Shown here: in pieces, positions 31,139 through 40,702 of the stretch | Numbering within the stretch: the stretch's first letter is position 1 | How the letters are laid out: every line of letters starts with the position of its first letter | Assembly: GCA_044222185.1 (NCBI GenBank) | Contig: JBGANV010000008.1 | Location: 160,001-224,000, forward strand | Direction: 5' to 3' | Source: Planctomycetota bacterium | Lineage (GTDB): Bacteria > Planctomycetota > GCA-002687715 > CAIWVZ01 | Length of the DNA stretch: 64,000 nucleotides | Position numbers and translations under genes: made by a program | The notes under the pieces: generated by a model | Database searches by the model: none | What the model was told of the DNA's origin: nothing | The model's input: only the letters and a program-made list of their open reading frames with translations

Positions 31139-33889
31139 ATGGAACCGCACGAATCCGCTTCGACGCTGAACGAGTTCCTGCATCGCTTCCTCGACGACCG
31201 CGACCGCGGCCGGATCGCCTCGCTCGAGGAGTATCAGGCGACCTTTCCCGAAGCGGCGGACGCGATCGCCACGGAGTACGAGCGACTGACCTCCACGGGC
31301 GACGCCGAAGCGGCGAGCCCGGATGCGATGGCTGAACGCCAGAGTTCCCTCGGCGGCGGCTCGCGCATCGGCCCCTATCGCATCGTCCGTCGTCTGGGAC
31401 GCGGCTCGTTCGGGCTCGTCTTTCTCGCCGAGGACGTCCGCCTCGCGCGCCAGGTCGCGCTGAAACTACTGGCTCGCGCGGGCCTCGAGTCCGACCGGGA
31501 ACGCGCCCTCTTCGAACGCGAAGCCGGTATCGCCTCGCGCCTCGACCACCCGGGAATCTGCACGGTGTTCGACGTGGGACGGCACGGAATCTGGACGTGG
31601 ATCGCCATGCGCTACATCCCCGGCGAAACGCTCGCAGAGCGCCTCACGGCGCCGAGTGATCGCCTGACGCTGCGCGAGATCCTCACGATGATCGAGAAGG
31701 TCGCGCGCGCACTGGACGTCGCGCACGAGACCGGCGTCGTTCATCGCGACGTGAAGCCGGGGAACATCATGGTGACGCCCGACGGCGAGCCGATCGTCGT
31801 CGACTTCGGACTCGCGCGCGATCGGTCGATCGGGGCACCGACGCTGACGTTGAGCGGCGAGGCCACGGGAACGCCCGCGTACATGTCGCCCGAGCAGATC
31901 GATTCCGCGCGGGGGGTCGTCGACCATCGCACGGACGTGTGGTCGCTGGGGGTGACGCTCTACGAAGCGGTCACGGGCGAGCGCCCCTTCGACTCCCCCA
32001 CTCAGGCCGGGTTGTTTCGGGCCATCCTCGACTCCGAGCCGCCGGCACCCGTCCGGGATCGAAAGCGCGTGGGCCGAGACCTCGCGATCATCATCCAGAC
32101 CGCGCTCGCGAAAGACCGCGAACGCCGCTACGAGTCGGCGGCAGGGTTCGCCGACGACCTGCGCCGATTGATGACCCACGAGCCCATCCGCGCACGGCCC
32201 ATGGGCCTCGCGAGCCGAACGTTCCGCTGGGCCAGGCGCAACCGCCTCGTGGCAGCCCTCCTCGTCGTCGTCACGGGCCTTTTCATCGGCGGCATCGCGA
32301 CGACGGCTGCGCTGCTGGCGCGCGCCCGGACCAACCTCGAGGACTGGGAGCGACTCGCCGACGGTCGGAAACTCGAGGAACTCGAGCGGATCGCGCGCGA
32401 TGAACTGGTACCGATCGTTCCGGAGAAGGCGGACGCAATGGAGCCGTGGCTTGCCGCCGCGCGGGCACTCGTCGCTCGACTCGACGATCATCGCCAGGCT
32501 CTCGAGTCGATGCGACGTAGAGCTCGCCCCGAGACCGAATCGACGCGACTTCGCGAAGAGCGGCGCCGCGAGCAGCCGCGCGCCGACCTGAAGATCCTCG
32601 ATCTCGCCATCGAAAACCTCCGCCTGCATCGGGCGAACGTCGAACGGGTGTTCGGGACGCCGGAATCGCGCCGGAGTGCGGATCAGCTGCTGAAGAACCG
32701 GCTCCGCGTGCTGGCTCAGCGCCGCGCGGCGGCGGCGGCCAACATCGCCGCGCGAACGGTCTTCGATTTCGACGACGACCGGGATCAGCTCCAGCACGAC
32801 AGACTGGCGGATCTGATCGCCGGACTCGAGCGGTTTGCATTCGGAGGCCCAGGGGTCCCCTCGCTCCTCGCCAACGTGGAGGATCGCCTCGCGACCGCGC
32901 GGGGGCTTCGGGCTCGAACGATCGATTCGCACCGCGAGGCCTGGAACGCCGCCATCGACCGCGTCAGCCGCAATCCGCTCTACCGTGGCCTCATCCTTCG
33001 CGAGCAGGTGGGGCTGATTCCGATCGGATGCGATCCCTCGACGACCCTCGAAGAGTTCGTCGACGGCCGCATGGGAGCGATCCCGACGCGTGATGAGCGG
33101 CGCCAGTTCCGCGTGGAGTCCGAGACGGCGATCGTGTTCGTGCTTCTGCCCGGCGGCACGCTCACCCAGGGGGCTCAGCGCGACCGTCCCACGTCACCGC
33201 AGTTCGATCCCGCGTCGACCGCCGACGAGATCCCCCTGACGACGGTGCCGCTGGACCCGTTCTTCATCGGGAAGTTCGAGGTGACCCAGGGGCAGTGGAT
33301 GCGCTGGCTCGACGACCTCCCGAGCGGGTACGAAGTCGGCGCGTCGGAGGGCGGTGAGGTCGTCGATCTCCGGCACCCGGTGGAATCGGTGAGCTGGCAC
33401 GACTGCACGTACATCCTGCGCGCCTATGGGTTCTCGTTGCCTACGGAGGCCCAGTGGGAGTACGCGTGCCGCGCGGGAACCGGGACCCCCTACTTCTGCC
33501 GCGAGGACGAGCTGTTCCGATTCGCCAACCTCGCCGACATGACGTTCGACCGCGTCGTCCAGTCGCGCGGGTACAAGACGGAGGCCTGGGACGACGGCCG
33601 TTATCTGCACGCGCCGGTGGGCGTGTTCCGCGCCAACGGCTTCGGGCTGCACGACATCCTCGGGAACGTCTCCGAGTGGTGTCTGGACTGCTACGGGAAC
33701 TATGCCGAGCCGGCTCGCCGCGGCGACGGATTGCGTGACGGAGCGGACAAGCGGTATCGGGCCGTGCGTGGCAGCTCGTGGATCGGGAGTGCGGCACACG
33801 CGCGCTCCGCCTCCCGCAATCGCACCGAGCCGGGAAGTCGCGGTGTGAGCATCGGGCTTCGCGTCGCACGCGCCCTCTCCACGCCGTGA
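31139..33889 (+). CDS. Hanks-type Ser/Thr kinase - TM - coiled coil - FGE-sulfatase (CLec-fold) sensor
   Basis: LGRGSFGLV, VALK, HRDVKPGN, DFG, GTPAYMSPEQ and DVWSLG. TM helix LVAALLVVVTGLFIGGIA. FGE motifs are FIGKFEVTQGQW, PVESVSW, LPTEAQWEYACRAG, NGFGLHDILGNVSEWC and RGSSW...GLRVAR. Confidence 0.93.
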   Translation: MEPHESASTLNEFLHRFLDDRDRGRIASLEEYQATFPEAADAIATEYERLTSTGDAEAASPDAMAERQSSLGGGSRIGPYRIVRRLGRGSFGLVFLAEDVRLARQVALKLLARAGLESDRERALFEREAGIASRLDHPGICTVFDVGRHGIWTWIAMRYIPGETLAERLTAPSDRLTLREILTMIEKVARALDVAHETGVVHRDVKPGNIMVTPDGEPIVVDFGLARDRSIGAPTLTLSGEATGTPAYMSPEQIDSARGVVDHRTDVWSLGVTLYEAVTGERPFDSPTQAGLFRAILDSEPPAPVRDRKRVGRDLAIIIQTALAKDRERRYESAAGFADDLRRLMTHEPIRARPMGLASRTFRWARRNRLVAALLVVVTGLFIGGIATTAALLARARTNLEDWERLADGRKLEELERIARDELVPIVPEKADAMEPWLAAARALVARLDDHRQALESMRRRARPETESTRLREERRREQPRADLKILDLAIENLRLHRANVERVFGTPESRRSADQLLKNRLRVLAQRRAAAAANIAARTVFDFDDDRDQLQHDRLADLIAGLERFAFGGPGVPSLLANVEDRLATARGLRARTIDSHREAWNAAIDRVSRNPLYRGLILREQVGLIPIGCDPSTTLEEFVDGRMGAIPTRDERRQFRVESETAIVFVLLPGGTLTQGAQRDRPTSPQFDPASTADEIPLTTVPLDPFFIGKFEVTQGQWMRWLDDLPSGYEVGASEGGEVVDLRHPVESVSWHDCTYILRAYGFSLPTEAQWEYACRAGTGTPYFCREDELFRFANLADMTFDRVVQSRGYKTEAWDDGRYLHAPVGVFRANGFGLHDILGNVSEWCLDCYGNYAEPARRGDGLRDGADKRYRAVRGSSWIGSAAHARSASRNRTEPGSRGVSIGLRVARALSTP

Positions 33890-33928
33890 TCCGCGCAGCG
33901 CGGGGGGAGTCGCAGACCGCCGCCCAGC

Positions 33929-34591
33929 TCAATCGAGACCTCGCTCCGCCTCCGCCTCGCGGGCCACGTCATCGAACGCCGATTCCGGGAGCTGCTCGCG
34001 CAGGCGCGCCAACGCGCGGTGGAGCCTGACGTTCACCGCGTTGGCCGCGAGGCCGAGGCGGGCGGCGACCTCGGCAGCCGGCTGTTGCTCCACCAGCCTG
34101 AGCACGATCACTTCCCGATCCTGCGGGTCCATTGCCGACAGGGTCCGAGCGACCAGGCCATCACGCTCTCGGCGGATGATCTCGCTCCAGACGCCGGGCG
34201 CGCGATCGGCCACGCCATCGAGTCCCGGGCCGCCGTCCGTCGACGCAGCGCCTCGCGCCGTCGGCCTGCGCGCCTCGCTCCGAAGCAGCTCGTTCACCCG
34301 AAGCAGCACCGCCCGGGACAGGAATCGAAACAACACCGGCGTGTATCGTCCGTCGCGCGCCACGAGATCCGCAAGCCGCGGCAGCGCGACCTGCCACGCA
34401 TACTCGACGACATCCTCGGGGTCGCACACGTGCCGAAGCCGATCGCGCATGCGATAGCGGGCCTGCTGGACGAGGATCGGCGAGATCCGCGCGACAGTCC
34501 AATCGAGATCGCCGGCATCCCCGTCGATCGCCCCGCGAATCCGGCGCGACGTGCCAGTGAACGAGCGTCGGTCGTCGGCGCGCTCCGTCAT
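33929..34591 (-). CDS. ECF RNA polymerase sigma factor (kinase-associated type)
   Basis: Sigma2 DPEDVV and sigma4 DREVIVLRLVEQQPAAEVAARLGLAANAVNVRLHRALARLR. Paralog of 46279-46953. Confidence 0.9.
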   Translation of the reverse strand: MTERADDRRSFTGTSRRIRGAIDGDAGDLDWTVARISPILVQQARYRMRDRLRHVCDPEDVVEYAWQVALPRLADLVARDGRYTPVLFRFLSRAVLLRVNELLRSEARRPTARGAASTDGGPGLDGVADRAPGVWSEIIRRERDGLVARTLSAMDPQDREVIVLRLVEQQPAAEVAARLGLAANAVNVRLHRALARLREQLPESAFDDVAREAEAERGLD

Positions 34592-34689
34592 GGCCCAGAG
34601 AGTACTCTCGCGGGGCGCAGCCGGCACCACGGGATCCCGGCTCGATTCCGCGCAAGCTCCTCATCGGGCCGCGAGAGCCACGGGATCGA

Positions 34690-36711
34690 TCACGGCCCGA
34701 ACCGCACCTCGACCGCGTTCGAGAGCGCGACGCCCGTCGACGGATGGATCACCGCGGCCTGCAAACCGAGCGTGAGTCCCGCGAGCGGCGGCGGCGCCAG
34801 GACAGGCAGGTCGAGCACGCCCAGAAGGCCTGTGTTCGAGAACCCGAACGCGGGATCCAACCCGTTGACGAGGATCGAGAACGGGTCGAGATCCAGCTGC
34901 CCGATGCCTGGAAACAGCGTCGTCCCCGGAAGCGTGAACCCTCCGAGCATCACGATCGGCTGGAGCGGCGCGCCCAGGATCCCGATCGTGAACGGAGAGT
35001 CGATCGTGACGTCGACGAAGTAGGGTCCCGGTTGGTTCGTCGCGACGGACTCGCCGTTGGCGTTCGTGGCGCCTGCGATGTCGAGGATCGCCCTTCCCGG
35101 CTGAGGTGCCTGGCCGACCGTGTCCGCGGTAGCGCCCGTCACGGCGATGGCGTCCAGGATCCAGGAGCTGGAACCGGTTCCCATGTACGTGAAGCGAACT
35201 CCGAAGTCCGACGCGGGCGCGAGGAAGGAGGTGAGATCGACGGTCACAGGGTCACCCGCCACCGTGCCAGACGAGTTGGCGTAGACAGGGAACGCCACGT
35301 TGTTGACGAGAACCTCGACCAGGCACGAGCTCGCGCAGCCGGGGCACGTCCGGTGCCACTGCAGGAACGAGAGCACGATCGGCCCCGCGACCGGCGGCGC
35401 GGCGAGGCCGGGGGTCGTCATCGTGGTCGACAACGCCGCCGGGGCGCTCGCGTTCGAGTCCGCGATCGCCGCGTTGCACCCGAACACCGGAGGAAGACTC
35501 ACCGCTGGCGGTCGATCGAACCGGAATCCAGGGAAGCCCGAGAGGGTCTGCACGGACCACCCGGCCGGCGCGAACGCGGAGACCTCGTCGTCGAAGTCGG
35601 AGCGTTCGAGGATCGGAGTGCCACGACTTGCGGCACAGTTCGCGCCGACGTGCACGGGCGCACCGCCGCAGAGCATGGCGAGCGTCATCCCCGGGGGAAG
35701 CATCGGGATGCCGGCAACGCAGACCTCGGCAGCCTGGAACACGGGAGTGCCCGGCGCCACGCCCTGGATCAGCAGGGGCTGGCCATGTATGTCGACACGG
35801 ATCGAGCCCGCCGTGGCCGTGAACACGCCCGACTGAGGTGCGTTGACGTTGATGGGCGCGGGCGAGCTGACGCAGACCTCGGAGCCGCGGAGCCGGTCCG
35901 CAGGCTGAAAGTTCACGGGCCCCATGCTGTACACGGCGCCGTCGCGACCCCTGCGTCCGAAGTGGAGTCCGCCGTTGGGCGAGTAGTTCCCACCCGTCCC
36001 GCCTTTCAGATCGCCACGGCGTCCGCCGGGCGTGGTCGTCGTGGCCTGCGCGCGGCCGCCGCTTCCACCGTCACGCCCCTCGCACCCTCCTGGCGCGCCA
36101 GTCTTGTCGCCCCCGTTTCCGCCACGAACGACGCCATCGTTGCCGAGAGCAACGCCGTGAAGCGTCACGGAACCACCGGTGCCCGCTCCCTTGCCATCAC
36201 CACCTGCGCCTCCATTCCCACCGCGGATCGTTCCGCCAGCCGCGACCGTGATCGGTCCCTGCGCGGTGACGGTCACACCGCCACCGGATCGTCCATCCGA
36301 GGTCGCCGTGCTGTTCGCGCCATCGGCTCCCTGGATCGTCGCCCCGGTACCGACGTGCACGCCGCCCGCGCCCGCCGTCACGCGGATTCCCGGCGTCCCG
36401 CGGAGGCGGGTGTCGTCCCCCGCGTTCCCGTTCGCCGAGGGTTGGAGGACCAGTTCGTGGACCCTGACCGCCGCGGCCTCGATGATCCCCGAGTCGCCTG
36501 GGACGACGGCCTTGTCGAGCGGCCCAGGAGTTCCCGCCGGGTTCCAGTTCGCCGGGTCGGTCCATTGGGCGTTCCCCCCGGCACCCGTCCAGGTTCGCAC
36601 CGCTCCACCGGGTGCCTGCGCGGCACACCGGTCGAACGACCCGATCGCGAGGACCAACGAGCCGATGATGATGGAACCACGGACACCGGATGCTGAGATC
36701 GTGCGCTTCAT
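34690..36711 (-). CDS. Secreted Gly-rich adhesin-like protein with the shared C-terminal domain
   Basis: Signal peptide ends CAA|Q. WTGAGGNAQWTDPANWNP motif (G8/autotransporter-like N-terminus), GGNGG repeats and a jelly-roll-like segment. Ends AGLTLGLQAAVIHPSTGVALSNAVEVRFGP. Confidence 0.8.
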   Translation of the reverse strand: MKRTISASGVRGSIIIGSLVLAIGSFDRCAAQAPGGAVRTWTGAGGNAQWTDPANWNPAGTPGPLDKAVVPGDSGIIEAAAVRVHELVLQPSANGNAGDDTRLRGTPGIRVTAGAGGVHVGTGATIQGADGANSTATSDGRSGGGVTVTAQGPITVAAGGTIRGGNGGAGGDGKGAGTGGSVTLHGVALGNDGVVRGGNGGDKTGAPGGCEGRDGGSGGRAQATTTTPGGRRGDLKGGTGGNYSPNGGLHFGRRGRDGAVYSMGPVNFQPADRLRGSEVCVSSPAPINVNAPQSGVFTATAGSIRVDIHGQPLLIQGVAPGTPVFQAAEVCVAGIPMLPPGMTLAMLCGGAPVHVGANCAASRGTPILERSDFDDEVSAFAPAGWSVQTLSGFPGFRFDRPPAVSLPPVFGCNAAIADSNASAPAALSTTMTTPGLAAPPVAGPIVLSFLQWHRTCPGCASSCLVEVLVNNVAFPVYANSSGTVAGDPVTVDLTSFLAPASDFGVRFTYMGTGSSSWILDAIAVTGATADTVGQAPQPGRAILDIAGATNANGESVATNQPGPYFVDVTIDSPFTIGILGAPLQPIVMLGGFTLPGTTLFPGIGQLDLDPFSILVNGLDPAFGFSNTGLLGVLDLPVLAPPPLAGLTLGLQAAVIHPSTGVALSNAVEVRFGP

Positions 36712-36881
36712 GACTTGCCTGTTCTGGGGGATCGCGCCGCGCGGCGAGCGCCAGGCCCGATCGGGCCGCCGTGCGTCGCGCGACGTGAAGCCAAGACGGC
36801 GCCCGTCGACCGATTGCTACGGAATCGCGAACTTCGCGGATTCCGTAGCGAAATCAGGGCGGCGTCGTCCTACCGGGGAGC

Positions 36882-37439
36882 GTGAGCGAGCCCATTGCCA
36901 TCGAGCAGGTCCCCGGCCACGATGGCCTCGTGGCTGACGCGCCGACAGATCCCGCATCGGCATCGGAAGAAATTCATCGCCGCCACGGGCGATGGATTCG
37001 CGCCGTCGTCCGACGCTGGTTTCCGCAGGCGTGCGACGATCTCGCGCAGGAGGTCATGCTGAAGATCCAACAGGGCGTCGGCGCCCTCCGCGCGAGCGAC
37101 GACGCGCAGACGCGAGCGTGGATCGCGCAGACGATCCGGTCCGTCTGCATCGACGAAGTGCGCCGCCGCAAGCGCGTTCCGGGCTTCGTCGCGCTCGACG
37201 AGACCGTTCCCGCGTCGACCGATCGCGTCGTCGCGGACGCGGAGACGCGCGACCGGGTCGAACACTTGAAGAACCGCGCATGGGCCGTGTTGTCCGCGCG
37301 CGAGCGCCAGGTCCTTTCGCTTCGCTTTCACGAAGGTCTCTCGTTTCGGCAGATTGCCGAGCTGCTGGACGTTCCTCAGGGCTCGGTGACGGGCTGGTAT
37401 TCACGCGCACTTCTGCGCTTGCGGGAGGCGATCCAATGA
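36882..37439 (+). CDS. ECF RNA polymerase sigma factor
   Basis: CDDLAQEVMLKI, AWIAQTIRSVCIDEVRRR and LSARERQVLSLRFHEGLSFRQIAELLDVPQGSV..WYSRALLRLRE. ATGA overlap with the anti-sigma gene. Confidence 0.9.
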   Translation: MSEPIAIEQVPGHDGLVADAPTDPASASEEIHRRHGRWIRAVVRRWFPQACDDLAQEVMLKIQQGVGALRASDDAQTRAWIAQTIRSVCIDEVRRRKRVPGFVALDETVPASTDRVVADAETRDRVEHLKNRAWAVLSARERQVLSLRFHEGLSFRQIAELLDVPQGSVTGWYSRALLRLREAIQ

Positions 37440-38155
37440 GCTGCATCGATCCCAGCGTTCGCAACCGACTGCTCACGGAAGCCGCCGAGCCCGACGCCTG
37501 GCGATCGCACGTTGCCGCGTGTCCGGAATGCCGTGCGATGCTCGCGGACTCCGAACCCGAGGTCGTGCATCCGAGCGGCGCGGCACTCGTCCGATTCACG
37601 CAGTCGCCATCCGAGATGGACCCGGTCGTTCGGCGGCACGTCGCATCGCACCTCGAACGCTGTGGCCACTGCGCGGAGGCTCTCGCGACGGTGCCGAGGA
37701 TCGACGCGCCATCCGGTTCGCACCGCTTCGCCCTCGCCGGTTTCGCGGCCGCGGCAACCGTGGCGCTCGCGTTCTTCGTCGTCCGCATGTCCACGGGAGG
37801 CGGCCCCGACGGCGGCTCGTCGCGGCCCGCTGATGTCGCCGTGATCATCCTGGCGAGCCAGCGCGGCGCCGCCGCCGAATCGCTGCCGGCGACGGCCACG
37901 CTCCTCCACTTCCAGCCCGTGCTCGCCGAGCCCGTGGCGATCGGTGACTCGATCCGTCTCGAGATCGAGGACGAAGCGGGCCATGTCGTCGTCTCCGAGA
38001 CGGTCACGATCGCGTCCCTGGACCCCGACTGGGGCCGTCCGGTGATCCCGGTCGTCCGCGCGCGGCTCCCGGGCGGCGCCCTGAAGATCCGGCTTTCGCT
38101 CGCCTCCGGAACCCGAGCCGAATTCTCGTGGACCCTTCCGGCGCCGCCCAGGTGA
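37436..38155 (+). CDS. Membrane anti-sigma factor with two zf-HC2 (HxxxCxxC) motifs and a periplasmic beta domain
   Basis: HVAACPEC and HLERCGHC, then TM helix FALAGFAAAATVALAFFVV. Translationally coupled to the ECF. Confidence 0.85.
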   Translation: MSCIDPSVRNRLLTEAAEPDAWRSHVAACPECRAMLADSEPEVVHPSGAALVRFTQSPSEMDPVVRRHVASHLERCGHCAEALATVPRIDAPSGSHRFALAGFAAAATVALAFFVVRMSTGGGPDGGSSRPADVAVIILASQRGAAAESLPATATLLHFQPVLAEPVAIGDSIRLEIEDEAGHVVVSETVTIASLDPDWGRPVIPVVRARLPGGALKIRLSLASGTRAEFSWTLPAPPR

Positions 38156-38167
38156 TGCCGTCGGGTC

Positions 38168-40453
38168 TCACCGATCGCGTACGGCGCCCAAGTCTCGTCC
38201 GAAGAGCGCGATGGGCGCCCAGAGTGCCGGGTGCGACGTGGCCTTCGTGGCGATCATGGAGCGCTGCGCCGTCCGTACTCCCCCGGGAATGCTCTCGCCG
38301 GACTTCAGCGCGATCGTGAACGCCTCGAAGAACCGCGGCGCCGCGCGATCGTCCACGGGTGCGACCGATGCCAGCACGAATCGCGCTCCGGCGACGAGAA
38401 AGCAGCGCGCGAGTCCGCGGACGCTCTCGCCGGCGATCGGCGTGCCGAATGCGCTCGAGCAGGCGAGAACGCTCACGAGCCGGGCCCGTGTCTCGAGTCC
38501 CAGGATCTCGGGAAGCGTGAGGAAGCCATCGTCTCCCCTGGCCGCATCCGGCGAAAGCAGCAGGGCCGTGCGGGCCCCGTTCGTCCGATCGACGACGGCG
38601 TGGCACGCGAAATGGACGTGACTCGCGCCGGGCATCGCGCGCCGCACACTCGCCTCCGTGGCCGCAGCGTCCGTGAGAGTGTGACCTCCGAGGGTCTTCG
38701 TGAACGCGGTCGCCTCGCGTGTCGCGAATGCCAACGGTGCGAGTCGACCGATCCCGAAGTGTGCAGCGAGCCCCGCGTCGTAGCCCGCGCCGCCCGGGAA
38801 GCCGACCGCCATGGGTTCGCCGGACTCGGCCTCTGGCTGCGTCGCAAGCAGGCACCCGAGCGTCGGGACGAACACCAGCTCCCGCAACGCGCCGAGGTAG
38901 CGTTCGTTCGTCGTTCCCTCTCCCGGGACGACGAGCGCGGCGAGCGGGACCTCGTTCCACCTGCCGAAGCCGGCGATGACGAGGCGGCGACTGCCGCGGC
39001 AGCTCTCCCACACCGGTCCGATCAGGGCGTCGAACACTGCGCGACCGCCCGCGTCCAGCTCCGCCCGCGACGATGCCAGGCTCCCGATCGCACGCACGAA
39101 CGGAGCCGCGATCGAATCGATGCGATCGAGCGCGCCGAGGTCCGCGAACGTGACACCGCGTGACCCGATGGAGATCACTCCGCCGCGATGGGAACCCGCC
39201 ACGAACACGAGGATCGTCGCGTCGCTCGACCTGGCGGCGTCGGCCACGCGCTGCACGTCCACCGGGTTCCCGACCCAAACGGGCTGGGCACGCCCGCGGA
39301 TCCGGAACAGCTCGGTGAGGACTCCCGCGCGGCCCACCTCGGTCACGGCCAGCGCCTGTACCACGTCCGGCGCCCTTCCGGCTCCGCCGCGTGCGAGGAA
39401 CAACCCGAAGTCCTCGTAGATGTGGTGGACTTCGCCGTCGAAGCTTCTCAGCGCCATGTCGAGAGGGTCGTCGGACGCGCTCCGCGCGCCTGCGATTCCC
39501 GATCGACTCTTCGATACGAGGCTGAACTCCTCCCGGTAGTGCGGCTCCGCCTGGGCGAGATCGCCTCGCGCGTCATGCACGTGTGCCAGCAGGCAGTGGT
39601 CGCGGACGATCTCGCGATCGGGGCGGCTCGTGGCGGCCGAGTGTCCGGTGCACGCCGCCGTGGCGTGAGCGAGCGCCTCGTCGAGAAGGGCGCTTCGCGC
39701 GGGCCCCGCATCGAGCCGGAGCGCGGTCTCGACGGCGAACCGCCCGCACGCGTTCTCGTCGTTCGCGACGAGGTTCGCGGGAAGCCCGAGCTTTTTGTCC
39801 AGCTCGAGCACCCGTCGACACGCGTCCAGCGCCTCACGCAGCTCGGCGACATCCGACGATCCGTCGAAGCTCAGGCTGAGCGACAGAAGCGCGCTCCGTT
39901 CGGCGCCGGAATCGCTTTGCGCGCGTGCTTCTGACGCGAGCTTGCGGGACTTCTCCCGAATCGCCGCCGGCGTGAGGTCGCGGGCATCTCGGGCGGGTTG
40001 GAGAAGCCGGTCGACGGCGTCCGTGGTCTTTCCAGCCTTCACCCGCACGGCTCGGTAGTTTTCGAGCGCCGTGACTGCGGCGCCGACAGCTCCCGCGCGA
40101 CGATGCAGCTCGAAGAGGCACTTGTGAGCCTGCCACGCAGCCGGCCAGTCCGACGCGGCCTCGGCGAGCGCGGCCGACCTTCCCCACGCCCGCACGCCCA
40201 GCGGGTAGTCGCCGTCCCGCAACGCCAGGCCGCCGAGGGTCTCCCAACCAGCGCGACAACCGTCATGTTTCGCCAGGACACGTTGGGCGATCGACATCGC
40301 CGCACGCAGGTCGGCCATCTTGGCGACCTGCGACCAGCGTGCTGCGTCGCCCGGCTCGTCCATCAGCGAGTTGGCGACGTCCTGGCCGACGGCCGCCAGC
40401 ACGAGGCAGGCGACCAGCCCCACGGCGCGAATGAAGATAGAAGGCAGTCCCAT
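38168..40453 (-). CDS. TPR-CHAT (caspase HetF-associated) protease with predicted signal peptide
   Basis: Signal-like N-terminus ending AVG|Q, then helical repeats. CHAT motifs are VPLAAL, LAFATREA, ATEASVR, HVHFACHA (His), DGFLT..EI..L, VSVLACSS (Cys), GLARCFLVAGA and HPALWAP. Confidence 0.9.
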   Translation of the reverse strand: MGLPSIFIRAVGLVACLVLAAVGQDVANSLMDEPGDAARWSQVAKMADLRAAMSIAQRVLAKHDGCRAGWETLGGLALRDGDYPLGVRAWGRSAALAEAASDWPAAWQAHKCLFELHRRAGAVGAAVTALENYRAVRVKAGKTTDAVDRLLQPARDARDLTPAAIREKSRKLASEARAQSDSGAERSALLSLSLSFDGSSDVAELREALDACRRVLELDKKLGLPANLVANDENACGRFAVETALRLDAGPARSALLDEALAHATAACTGHSAATSRPDREIVRDHCLLAHVHDARGDLAQAEPHYREEFSLVSKSRSGIAGARSASDDPLDMALRSFDGEVHHIYEDFGLFLARGGAGRAPDVVQALAVTEVGRAGVLTELFRIRGRAQPVWVGNPVDVQRVADAARSSDATILVFVAGSHRGGVISIGSRGVTFADLGALDRIDSIAAPFVRAIGSLASSRAELDAGGRAVFDALIGPVWESCRGSRRLVIAGFGRWNEVPLAALVVPGEGTTNERYLGALRELVFVPTLGCLLATQPEAESGEPMAVGFPGGAGYDAGLAAHFGIGRLAPLAFATREATAFTKTLGGHTLTDAAATEASVRRAMPGASHVHFACHAVVDRTNGARTALLLSPDAARGDDGFLTLPEILGLETRARLVSVLACSSAFGTPIAGESVRGLARCFLVAGARFVLASVAPVDDRAAPRFFEAFTIALKSGESIPGGVRTAQRSMIATKATSHPALWAPIALFGRDLGAVRDR

Positions 40454-40702
40454 GAATCGGTTTGCCGGGATACTCGCGGCGGCCCGAGCGGCGCCGTCCC
40501 CCGAACATGCGCGCCAGCATACCCGCGAGCGAGCCGCGGGACGGCCGCGCAAGCCCAGCCTGGGCCTGATCGATGACTCTCGCGAGGCTGGCAGCCGGCC
40601 GCGGCGGAAATTCGAGCTCGCCATGTGACGGACGCGCCATTGGTCCGATGGGGAGGTCCGCGCGGATCCGCGCCCCCGAGGCCGCAGCCAAGGAGTCACG
40701 TC